DNA of 64,000 nucleotides from Rhizodiscina lignyota (Eukaryota): NCBI GenBank assembly GCA_010015805.1, contig ML978121.1, positions 2,852,001 to 2,916,000 of the forward strand, read 5' to 3'. Shown piece by piece: positions 40,349 to 51,580 of this stretch (position 1 is its first letter; each line of letters starts with the position of its first letter). The notes under the pieces were generated by a model. It saw only the letters and a program-made list of their open reading frames with translations, ran no database searches and was not told where the DNA came from. The position numbers and the translations under genes were made by a program.

Positions 40349-41536
40349 ATGGCGACTGCAGAGATAGAAACCAAACTCGAGGAAACAGTTCTCGACGAGA
40401 AAGCGGCGGCTGCAGAAGCTGACGCGCCGAAAGTCAGCACTGTTCCTGCAGATAGCGCAGATGCATCTTCCAGCTCACAAGCACCCTCTGTAAAAGAGCA
40501 ATCGAATCCTGCAGCTACTCAACCGCCGGAGACGACCAACAAACCAATTGAACCTGAACCGACTGAACCTCAACCACCCCAAGATACTGGCCCAGTCAAG
40601 ACTCCCTTTCTCCATCCTCAACCAGGATGTGAATCAATCCCACAGCAGGAACTCACTTCGGATCAAGAAAAGAAATACAGCGAGCTGCTTGCTACTGTAT
40701 CTGCATGGACCGAAGTACCTACGAAGAGCACGAAGAACGCCCCAACTGCCCCCCTTACCGACGATGAGCGCATGTTCCTCACCCGCGAATGCCTGCTACG
40801 ATACTTACGAGCCGTCAAATGGTCCTCCCCCGCAGCTGCAGCAAAGCGCTTACTCGACACACTCATTTGGCGGCGAGAGTATGGTCTCTACGAGTTCACA
40901 GCAGACTACATATCGCCGGAGAACGAAACGGGCAAGCAGCTGATACTCGGTTATGATGTCAATGGCAGGCCCTGTCATATCATGAATCCTGGGAAGCAGA
41001 ATACTTCGAGGAGCGACAGGCAGATACACCATCTTGTGTGGATGCTCGAGCGTGCGGTTGATATGATGCCGCCTGGGCAAGAGATGCTTGCGCTTCTGAT
41101 CAACTTCAAGGAGATGAGCAACGGGCAGGGTGCGACCGTCGGTCAAGGCCGCGAGACGCTGCGAATCTTGCAGAATCACTATCCCGAGCGGCTAGGCCGG
41201 GCGTTGATCTCCGACTTGCCGTGGTACATTTCGATCTTCTTCAGGGCAATCCAGCCCTTCCTGGACCCCGTCACGAAGGAGAAGATGAAGTTCAGCGAAC
41301 CGCTCGTGAACTATGTGCCGAAGGAGCAATTGTTGACAAACTTTGGCGGAGAGGTCGAGTTCGAGTATGACCATGGCGTATATTGGCCTGCGTTGAACGG
41401 GACGTGCGAACAAAGGAGAAAGGAGATGAGGGAAAGGTGGGAGAAGGCGGGCAAGAAGATTGGAGAAAGTGAGGTATATCTTCGAGGAGGCGACGTCCCT
41501 CCCGTAGGAGAAACATCAGTGGAGAAGTCCGATTAA
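40349..41536 (+). CDS. CRAL-TRIO/Sec14-like lipid transfer protein (Pdr16/Pdr17-like)
   Basis: FLTRECLLRYLRA, ENETGKQ, GYDVNGRP, LQNHYPERLG, PFLDPVTKEK. Confidence 0.93.
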   Translation: MATAEIETKLEETVLDEKAAAAEADAPKVSTVPADSADASSSSQAPSVKEQSNPAATQPPETTNKPIEPEPTEPQPPQDTGPVKTPFLHPQPGCESIPQQELTSDQEKKYSELLATVSAWTEVPTKSTKNAPTAPLTDDERMFLTRECLLRYLRAVKWSSPAAAAKRLLDTLIWRREYGLYEFTADYISPENETGKQLILGYDVNGRPCHIMNPGKQNTSRSDRQIHHLVWMLERAVDMMPPGQEMLALLINFKEMSNGQGATVGQGRETLRILQNHYPERLGRALISDLPWYISIFFRAIQPFLDPVTKEKMKFSEPLVNYVPKEQLLTNFGGEVEFEYDHGVYWPALNGTCEQRRKEMRERWEKAGKKIGESEVYLRGGDVPPVGETSVEKSD

Positions 41537-41809
41537 GCGATGGGAGTACGTTGAAGCTCTTGGAGGATAGTTTCACTTGTGAATACTAAGATTTCATACT
41601 TATACCACTTGGTGGGCCTGGTCTCGCCACCTTTTGAAGAGTTTGAGGTGAGCATGCGCCTCACATCAAGCCGTAGAGTGGTTAATAAAATGGCTTGCCG
41701 GATGCTATGGGACAAGACAATAGAGTAATTGCTAATAAACATTTACATGGATTCAAGAATTCGAAAATTCATCTTAGTCTATTTCGTCTCACCCAATTTG
41801 AACAGTGCT

Positions 41810-42719
41810 TTAGGGAATTTCTGGCCAGATAAAGGTGTCTTCTGTTGGCGGCTCAAGGAAGTCAAGCGGAGCCTCATCCTGAGGCGGCAACTGATGCTTC
41901 TCCGCCCACGCTCGTACAGCATCGAAATTCCTGCACTTGTGCCGAGTGTTGAAATCGACAAATGCAGTCGGCTCGTCCTTATTCCACCAGACCTGACCCA
42001 GTACGCCGATGTCGACCGAACACATCAATTGCTGCCTGAGTATGTCGAGACAGTGGCTGACATGGACCTTCACAACATACTCTTTGTTCTTGAAGGCACC
42101 TTGCCCTTTTTCACGGTAATAGTCAACATTGTAGTATAGCGCTTGCCGGACGAGGTTAAGACAGTGGAGATGATGCATGCCCTCGACGTTGGCAGGAAAC
42201 CCGCCGCCGTACTTCTCTTTGATTTTCACATGATCCTTCGTCAAACCAAAATTCGAGGCATGCTCCTTCGGAATGTGAGCCGCACGGTAGTCGACGCCGA
42301 GCGACTTCCACGCTTCGTCGACTTCTGGAGATGCTGAGCGGCGGAAAACGTTTTCGTGCATAAAGGTGCCATTGAAATCGACCGGAGCATAGGATATCGA
42401 TACATCTTTTGTGAGAGGAGCTGACGAAGCTGTTAGTATCCATTTCAGATAACAAATGGATAATCGTAGAGTTACATGGTTGAGACACATAGTCTAGACA
42501 GGCATCAGCTCGGTCTATTTGATGAACTCTGCCCAGAATGAATCCTGCCAAAGCGAACATAGTCATCCAGATGAAACCCACGAAGATATCGTAGGATGAG
42601 AAACGTATTGTCTTGGAACGTGGTGATTCATTCTGCGGGCTTGGGTTCAGTGATTCGCAGTCCTCCGGGGGGACTTGTGCATATGATGGTCTTCGTGACG
42701 GGAAAAACTTTTCGAGCAT
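41810..42719 (-). CDS. DUF3328 / UstYa-family oxidase, 284 aa, one intron (42421-42475)
   Basis: Single N-terminal TM helix; SPEVDEAW; two HXXHC motifs (HHLHCLN..RQ and HVSHCLDILRQQLMCSVD); DFNTRHKCRNFDAVRAWA. Confidence 0.95.
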
Positions 42720-44250
42720 CCTTTCGACCCTGTCGAAGCAAAGATAGATGAAATTGAGAATCAATGTAGAAGAGCAAGTAGACGAACTCAAGTCTGACGG
42801 CAAAATGGAAAGTAGAATCCTCAACGGCACCAATATCGATTAGTTTCACCAGACGCCTACACCATCTCGCTGATCTTTAACGTTCCATGTCGTGCAACTT
42901 TGGGGTAGCATTTCGTGTCACGAGCCTGGTCCGCAACCTCCTCAGCTATTGTTCACCGCACTTGTCATAGTATGCATAACAAGCTTCGTCTACTAACGAA
43001 AGAACAACCTTAGAATAGACATGGGAGTACGACATCCTCAGCTAAAGATCTGGATCCGCGAGGCTTGGAAGTATGCCTCAAATATGCATGGCTGCCAATG
43101 GTAGTCGATCTAATTTGGATTATGGAAGGAAGGAGCTTCTGTTCGGATTAGTTTGGCATAACTGAGGGAATGTGGGCATAAGGGCTTGAACCTGAATGCT
43201 GGAAAGTCCAGATTGGCAGCTGAAGTTGAGGGACGGAAGTGGAAAAGCGTCAGGTCTGGGGGCTTGAGCTAGCTGGAAACGGAAAAGCGCAAAGGACGGA
43301 GAACAACCTCAACCATATCTTGAACGCCAGGCTTTCTATTCACAGCCATCAATCTAATTTCATCACTTAGCTCACTAGAAAGCTTGCCTTCCAAAATGTG
43401 GAACAATTCTCTCAGCTCGCTAGCAGTATCCTATTCGGATAGGATAATGCAACCACCATTGTCTGCCTCACAACGTTTCTCGAAGTACATACGTTTCTCA
43501 AAGTGATCTCTAAGCTCGTAATTGTGGATAACTGTAACGACTCTTTCCAATACAATCTGTCTCAATTGTTTGCTTTTCTTTCGTATTCTTGACTGCCCCG
43601 AGGTACAAGTGCTTAACTGCAGCTATCCATCCGAAGACGAATCTCTGGGGAAGCTGAGGGTCCGCTAAGCACCATGCAAGGAAGCAAATAAGCTATCCCA
43701 GCGTGGTAGCACATACGCAATGGCTTACTCCACATGCGCCATTTCAATATCGCCAAGCGTTTAGATGCTGATGGCAAACATATCCACCTCTGTACCGCAA
43801 CCCAGATCCTCCATTAAGGAGATACCTCGCGATAACGGCCGAGTAGAGAATGCTCCTTGCGAGACCTACAGTGACCTCATGATGAGCACTCATGGAAAGC
43901 CAATGATGCACCGCAGAAAACAAATAGCGTAGTTTCTCACGACGCTTCGTCTAGACACGGCGATTGGTTAGTGCTGAGTGAATTCACGAACGGCGTGGAT
44001 GAGGTGAACCATGCATGGCCTCCGCCATGCTCCACCGTTGTATCCTTCGACGAGGCTAAGGAAGAGATGTTGCATCGCCTTCACCGACCCAGCCCTACAT
44101 CTGAGCACATTTTCTACGTACATAAGTCCCGCAGATCCGTACGGCGACTTTGAGTATCTCTCATATATAGTAGGACTTGGAGTTCTCGGTTTCCCCATCA
44201 AGGTCCAGCCAAACTTCAACGTAGCGTTCTCCTGACTGTACGATCTCGCG

Positions 44251-45602
44251 ATGCACACTTCCAACGTCTTCTGTGTCCTGGCCCTTGCCTTGGGCTCCAT
44301 CGCCGCCCCTGTGGCAGAGCCGGAGGCCAAGGCTGTGCCGGATGACTATGGAAACTACGGAAAATACGCTGATTACGGTGAGCTCCAGCAGCAAAGCGCA
44401 TTGTGATAAGCCTGAGTCCTCTTCTAAAGTTCATTATAGGATCTTACTGTGCCCCTGCAGGCGGATATGCCAGCTGTGAGCTAACTACATCACGCTGGAG
44501 GCTTTCAAATAGGATTCAATTTCTCTAATTAGATTTTACAGATGGTAGCTATAAGAAACGCAGTGCCGACGCAGCCCCCGAAGCCGCTCCAGAGGCAAAA
44601 GCAGGCTACGGATCCTACTCACCGTACAAATCATACTCCCCATACGCTTCGTACGGTATGAGATCGATTCTCCTGTTCTCAATTTTAACGCTGCTAACAT
44701 GCTCTCTGTACTTTCCAGGCAGTTATGAGAAGCGCAATGCTGAAGCAGAGCCTGAAGCGGCTGCAGAAGCAAAACCAGGCTACGGATCATACTCACCATA
44801 CAAATCGTATTCGCCATACGCGTCGTACAGTATGAAGTCGGCCATCCCCGTACCAAGGCTTAACGCTGCTAATATGCTCTTTACGCTCACAGGCCACTAC
44901 AAGAAGCGCAGTGCTGAAGCAGAGGCCGAAGCAGAGGCCGACGCAGCTCCAGATGCCAACTCGTACGGAAGCTACCCGTCGTACAAATCATATGCGCCAT
45001 ACGCGTCATACGGTACGAAGCTGACCCTCTTATACCAAGGTTAAACATGGTTAATATTCTCTTTATTATTCACAGGCCACTATAAGCGCGCCGCTGAAGC
45101 AGAGCCCGAAGCGGCTCCTGAAGCGGCTCCGGAGGCAAAGCCTGGCTACGGAAGCTATGCACCGTATGCGACATATGGTACGAAGCCTATTCTCATGGTA
45201 CTCACTTTGGACGCTACTGACGTACTATGTGTACTTTCTAGGCACCTACAAGAAGCGTAGTGCAGAGGCCGAGCCTGAAGCTGCTCCCGAAGCTGCCCCT
45301 GAGGCGGCTCCAGATGCGAAACCTGAGGACTACAAGGAGTATGGATCCTACGCACCATATGCGACATATGGTAAAAAGCTCCTCTCCTTGTTTCAAGCTT
45401 AAAAGCCACTAATATTCTCTCTGCGCTCTCCAGGCGACTACGGAAATCCGCAATACAAGGACTGTAAGCCACTCTTCCTCAGCTTTTTTGAACTCAACCA
45501 TCGTACTAACGAAGACCAACAGATGGCAAATACGGCACATATGATAACTACAAGCGTGATGCGAAGGCTGAGCCGGCACCAGTGGCTGTTGCTGAGGAAT
45601 GA
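44251..45602 (+). CDS. Secreted Kex2-processed repeat protein (KEP), putative RiPP precursor, 282 aa, 9 exons: 44251-44377, 44440-44475, 44542-44655, 44719-44829, 44893-45012, 45076-45177, 45242-45370, 45434-45463, 45523-45602
   Basis: Manual splicing at eight 59-66 nt GT..AG phase-1 introns gives an open 849-nt CDS: signal peptide, then six [X-A/X-P spacer + Tyr-rich core + (K)KR] units. Confidence 0.92.
44542..45433 (+). repeat. Five tandem exon+intron repeat units (about 166-192 bp) within the precursor gene
   Basis: Exons share aagaagcgcagtgc..gaagcggctcc..tacggatcctac..ccatacgc.tc.tacg; introns 3-7 are 63-64 nt and mutually similar. Confidence 0.9.
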
Positions 45603-45938
45603 ATTTCTTGAACCGAATCCACGGCGGAGAACTGAGCCTGAGCGAGAAAAAGACATCTCCACGTTAGGAAAGTCACTCCATGACACAACAGTCTGGTTCG
45701 TATTGTTCTCCAATGGACTTTGGTGGATACCCAGTCACTCGTTGGAGTTGCAACATATAATGGCGATTAGTGGATTTAGTACATGCGTCAAGTCATTCCT
45801 TGAATAATTCAGATGGACTATGCATAATGCGGAAGACCAATAGACGAATTGTACACAGCATTCGTATCATTATCGTAACTGTCATGCACGACATGTGACT
45901 ATCATTCTTCACTATATAACAGAGTACAGTCACGCGGC

Positions 45939-47893
45939 TCAGAGCTCCAATACAATGCTCTTCAGCGCCTGAAAGTCTGGCAGACCCAGTCCCGTCGCAG
46001 GATCCCAACCTTCCGTTGCGTTCCAACTTACGCCCGGAATCACGCTCGCCCCTTCAATGGTAGTGTTGCCGTTCTGGAAGTTAAGCCCTGTGCAGCCGAT
46101 CGACCTGCCTTGAGCGACATCGATAAGGCCTTTATAGCCGACGGCGTAGAACATTGGGTTCAGGAAGCCGAGTCTGGGCTTACCAGCCTTGAGCCGTGCG
46201 TCGTTAAGGAGGGAGACGATGGCCGAAAAGACGGGACAGGCAGCGGAAGTGCCGGCAAACCCGCGACGCCAAAGCACGTTGTCTTGGTAGTACACATAGC
46301 TGGAAAGTTGCATTAGTATATATCACTCGCAAGATATAGATGTCGCTTACCGAGGATCTGCGCTGTGGGCAGCGACATCCGGGAATCCCCTCATCGAGAA
46401 GTTGGTGTAGTGCTCGTAGTATTCCGGGTCGACCACCTTCTCAAGATACTTTCCAACGAACGCATCCTGGTATTTTGGACGTGTGAAATAGTTGCTGAAA
46501 CCTCCGCCACTGCCCAGCCACGCGATTTCAGGGTCGGATGCCTGGGTGCCGCCGACGGATGTGAACCAAGGGCAAGTGCTTGGGAACTGCGGTGTGAATT
46601 GTGGTGTCTTCTTGCCATCGTTCGACTGGCAGGGTGCGCCCACGCCATTGTCACCTGATGAGCCGAGAAGAGAAATGCCTCTGAGTCCCATCTGGCCGAT
46701 CATGAAGCACACACGCTTTGCATAGTCCTCAGGCACGCTCTGGTCCACCATTAGCTTTCGCAGCTTTGAATTGAGCAAAGACTTCCTACCTGCTCGTCGT
46801 CGCCATACGAAGCACTGATGACCTGTGGCAGCTTGCTATTTGGCTGAGAGAGCAAATATCTATAGTACTCCACATAAGGCTCATTACTGGGCGCGCCAGC
46901 AGGTTCATCAAGATTGGGAATGTATGGTGCAGTTCCACCCGTGATGTATTCGGTTATTGGCAGGGCGTTGTCGGTGATCGAACTGATAAGCTGGGAATCA
47001 CCATCTGCTTCAGCGTTTGTATCCGCGAGTTGGATCTGCACGGTAGAGTTGGAGACGATTGGATTCGCGGTCTGGTTGTTAAAGCCACCGTTGATCGTAA
47101 TGACATCAAATGGCTTGTATGGGATGCCGAAATGATCGTCGAAGAGCTTCAGATCTTCGTAGCGGGCCGACTCGTTGAGGAAGCTTGCAAACCCAATTCG
47201 GCTACCTGACTTCGCGTCTCCTTCGTACCCTCCAAGGTTGTAGAATTGTTTGAGGCACGACGGAGTGACAGATGTTGCACACGATGGAGCAACACTGGCA
47301 GGAGTGGGAACTTGACGCTTCTTTTTCATAAGCTCCAAGGGTTCACCAAACGCATCCGTCATCTTCGCAGCGTTCGTCTTCATGAACTCGATGGTAGGTG
47401 TGACTAGATCGATGTCACCAGCCACTTCTGCAGGAATGGAGTACTGCGTCGTTCGAAGTTTCTTGAGGCCGTCATTCTCGTACTGAGCGAATGAAGCGTT
47501 GAGCAAGCTGTTTGCGGTGCCAACATTCGTCGCAAAGTTGATCCACGTCCCATCACTGGATATTGAGTTCACTCCAGCACTTTTGAGCCACTTTTGGACC
47601 GCATCGTCTGAAGACTTGGAAGGCTGGAAGAGTTTATCGACTTCATCCTTTTCCAGCCATTTGCCATACTCTGGCGAACCCGGCGTTGAGATAGCGAGTA
47701 GTGTCTTTTCTAATAGGTCTTCGTTTGATAGCTTGAGGCCAATTGAGAGAGTAATGGTGTCGGAATCTGCTGGCTTTCCAGCAAGAGACCACCCTAAGGG
47801 TATACCTCCAACATACTGGTGGCGGGCAGCACCAGCGATTGGGGTTGCAAAACCTGCGACTAGGGCCACGAGAAGCGTGCCAAAACGAGCCAT
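45939..47893 (-). CDS. Secreted S53 sedolisin / tripeptidyl-peptidase-like protease (3 exons: 47893-46790, 46739-46351, 46299-45939)
   Basis: Signal peptide, Pro-kuma prodomain (ISTPGSPEYGKWL), catalytic EADGD, SSGDNG, GTSAACP, Ca-site GWDPATGLG. Confidence 0.95.
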
Positions 47894-49413
47894 GATGACG
47901 GCAATTGAAACAGAGCACGAAACAGCAGACAATGGACACGAAAAACTAGGGAAACATAGCCTTTAAAACATTTTGGCATGACGTCGACAGGTAGAGCTAC
48001 CCCAAGCTCCCCAGTCCGTCAATCTGGAACCGCAATCTGCAATGCATTCCTATCATCGAGGAATTGCCATGCAACCTGCCTGAAAGATGCATTGGAGCGA
48101 GGAGTACGAACGGAGGGTTGCAGATTGAAGAGGAGAAGGTCCTCGCGCGATGGTCGCATTTGCCCCCGCCGTGTGGAGAAAGAGATAATCTACAACCCAG
48201 TAGCGTGTTTCTGGAAGGTGATGGCATCACTAGCAACTGATATCGAGACGCAAAGAAAGTTAGTCTGCCGTGCCTGGCAGCGAGGAGCTGCCGAGGAGGA
48301 GCGTGACCCTAGTAGCTAGACGGTTTGACCGCATGTTTCCGCTTAATTCCGCAATCTACGTCTTTCCACATGTAGAAGGCGGTTGCATATCGCCCAATGA
48401 CATAGGCCAGATCGCGTAGCAGATCGTATATAGAGCACTCTATCTTTTAAAGAACTGTCGGTGTTGGACAGTCCGACGGCAAAGGCGTAAGATCGTCGAA
48501 ATAAGCATGTTAATAAAGCCCTGGCAGTTCGCTGCCCCTAATCAGCCGGCGAGGGCATGATTGGCGTGGACATTTGGAATCACACGACCACAATCGTTTT
48601 GATGGGCGAATGTTTGATGAAACAACAAGAAGTTCGTTTGTAGGCTTATAAAGTTCGATCACTTGAGGTTTTTCGAAGACTTGGGATACATTCCGCTCGC
48701 TAAATTCGAGGACATGCCAGGATCTTGCGTGTCATTCTGAGGGCAACTTGCAGTCCATCCTTGAATCTCACCATAGCTTTCGGCTCAACGGTTACCGCGC
48801 TAGATACCGCCGTCGCGTGATGGACGTGAGCTCTTACCCAATTTTGGTTAGCAATTACATGCTTGGCAGCGCTCGTATCTTCCAGCTCCCGCCTTCGCTA
48901 CATTTTCTAAGCTATTACCGGTTAGTGCGGTGGCTAGATACTAACCGAATGGAAGTAAGTGCTTATATCGCGTGTAGGCGCTCTCTAGCGCAACGCATTA
49001 CCTGTGATTATAACAGCAAACTGACCTGCCGATCTCAGTAAATTCCTTGATCAGTTCCAACAGAGATATGGAACCGTCTCGGCTGAAGCCTGAAGGTCGT
49101 ACTGATAGGATAACGACTTGAGACTAAAAACCTGGTTCCTGGGCGTTTTGCCGATGAGCACTGTTAACCCTGCGAAGAGGTCATCGACGTAAAGCATCGT
49201 ATTTGAAGTGTGAATTTCTCGCAACCCGCGTTCACAGATAAGATATAGAAACAGCCCCCACTAAATAGGTACAATGGATAACCCAAACGACGTCGACAAC
49301 AGGTTCCCAGACTACCTTAACGCCTCCCATGCAAGTGAGAAATCAATCGCTCTCGAGTAAGCTCATTTTGAGGAAAGTGGTACCAGTTGATAAGGAAGCA
49401 TTGCTTAATCGCT

Positions 49414-51250
49414 TTAATCAGATTTTCCAGTCAACCTTTTTCTTTCATCGTCTCTGCCAACTGTCGACATTTCCCCGCCTTCGTCATCACTCCATTTGTC
49501 TTCATCGCCGACGGCGAATATCGTATCCCCATCAAGCGATTGCCGTGGCAGCGACGAAGGAGGCTTCTGAGCTTTAGGGGCTGGTAGAGGAGATGCGTCT
49601 CTATTCATCGAGCTTCCTTGGTGCTCTACTGGCATAGCTTGATATAGTGGCAGGTCCGTTCCATTGCTGCTATCTGCAGGCGTACGTATGGCAACTCCCA
49701 TACCCTCCTCCTCATCCAACGAGTCGCGTATTGATGCGATCTCGAAGCCGTCGTCATCTTGCGCGATCTGCTCAGAGTGGTTAGAATCTGGTAGTAAAGA
49801 CTTAACGGTGAAAGAACTTACTTCGTCGCTCATGGCAAAGCGGCGATTATTCGCTGTTGGTCGCCACAGATATGCAACAAAGCACACATCTGCCAGATAG
49901 ACGATGTTAAGCCATCCGTCGAGAACGAACCATCTCGTTTGCCAATGCGTGGGGGCAAAATCTTCGTTGCCAACACCCGCAAACGACAACGAATTGAAGA
50001 AAAAGAAGGCGAAGATGACGAGAATACTGGCAAGAATGCACCACCACAGTCGCTTGTACATCAGCGCTTTGACATGTTGCTTTCGAGCCACAAGGTCCTT
50101 GGTGGTCAGGTTGAGCGAATTGAGGGTCCAGACATAGAATGCAGTGAGTGTTCCAGATAAAGGCAGAATGACCAGTAGAACAAGAGGTCCAGCATCATCT
50201 GGATGTACCGTCAGACTGGCAATTCCGTAGATGACTCCAAAGACGAAATGGGCTGCAGCCAACCAGCGCACGTAGATCATCGTTCTGCCCAGTGATGGTT
50301 TGACGACGCCATATCCCATACACACTATCAGCAGCAAAAAGAACGAGAACGAGTTTCGTGCAGCACTGAGGATAGCCACGACGATCATGTATGCTCGTGC
50401 ACCGACATTGATTCCGTGTCGATTCTGGTAGTCGAAGTAGCCCCACGTCAGGAGCATCTCCACTACCAGGAATACAAGAATCGCCGTGATGTAGTTCTGC
50501 ACGGGTAGGATATCGCTGCGGTTCTGGAAATAGAGCATTCCCCAGAATATTCCAATCACCGCGTATACGATCGTGATCCCGCCATAGAATGGAAGTTTTG
50601 CGATCTGTGCTGCTGGAAGCTCTCCGTACGCATTTCTGAATTCCACGATAGCTTTGTAGTCCTGGTCCTGATTCGCTTGTGTGCCAACGCAGTACCATCC
50701 TGTCCGCGTCACAGAGTATTTGATGGGCTGAGGGTCTTTAAGATGGATGGCTTGTGTGAGGATTTGGCTTTTCGATCGGACCGTCGCATTCTCTGAGAGA
50801 ATGTACTCGAATTTTTGTGTAGAGTTGCAAAGCTTTTGTGCTACTGTCTCGTCGTTGCAAAAGTAGGCTATGTCCTGTACTTCGAATCAGCAAAATACTC
50901 CCTAGAAGCGGCGACCGGCTGTACCTCTCCGCTATTCGGTGGCGCTGGTTTCCCAATCAATGGCTCATCCTGCCATTCGTATATTATGAGGCCCACTAAG
51001 GGATCCGCATCTCCTTTGAGGTCTGGCTTGAGGAAGTTGACCAGTATGAAAGGGTCCACGGCTCCTCCCCAGGCCTTGCGACTGTACATGCCCGAGCATC
51101 CTACTTTGCTGGCGTCACTTTGGTCCTGAAGTGTAATCAGCTCTTCAATTATACCATAGCACCAGAAAAGCCCACCAGCTGTAACTCATTACCTCTCACG
51201 ACCTGTAACAGAGACAGCAACGCGAGAGGCAGCAGCTGCCATCTCCGCAT
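49414..51250 (-). CDS. PTM1: Ptm1/GPR107-like (LUSTR, lung seven-TM) Golgi membrane protein
   Basis: Signal peptide, CSGMYSRKAWGG, TGWYCV, FRNAYGELPAAQI, DILPVQNYI, LLIVCMGYGVVKP, YLWRPTANNRRFAMS. Confidence 0.9.
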
Positions 51251-51580
51251 GTTCCGCAAGGAAAATAGAAGCTGAGAGCTTCCAGAGACGTCGCTGATCC
51301 GAGATTTTGAACTACGACTGCAGCTCTTGGGGAGCCAGAAGGCGCATGGAGTGGAACACGCTCGAAAGGGTGTCTTTGTAGCGTTGGTGGTGCTGAAAAT
51401 CCACCAATATTTTGGACAAGTCTTCAGATGCAGCTCGAGATCCTTGGGCGGCCAGCCTTACCGGGTAATCATCGGTATCTCCTGTCGCTGCCTATTTGCG
51501 TCTCTCGCTCCTCGATTTTTCATCTCTTCATCTGTGACAGCAGGCAGACATCAAGGAACCGTCGAAAATTCCTGATTTCC

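Noticed and set aside
44542..45433. Regularly spaced repeats as a CRISPR array or transposon
   Set aside because: Eukaryotic context; the repeats are coding exons and the 'spacers' are GT-AG introns
44251..45602. Alpha-factor mating pheromone precursor
   Set aside because: Processing signals are similar, but cores are long, heterogeneous and Tyr-periodic, lack the WC..GQPCW-type pheromone pattern, and a DUF3328 gene is adjacent
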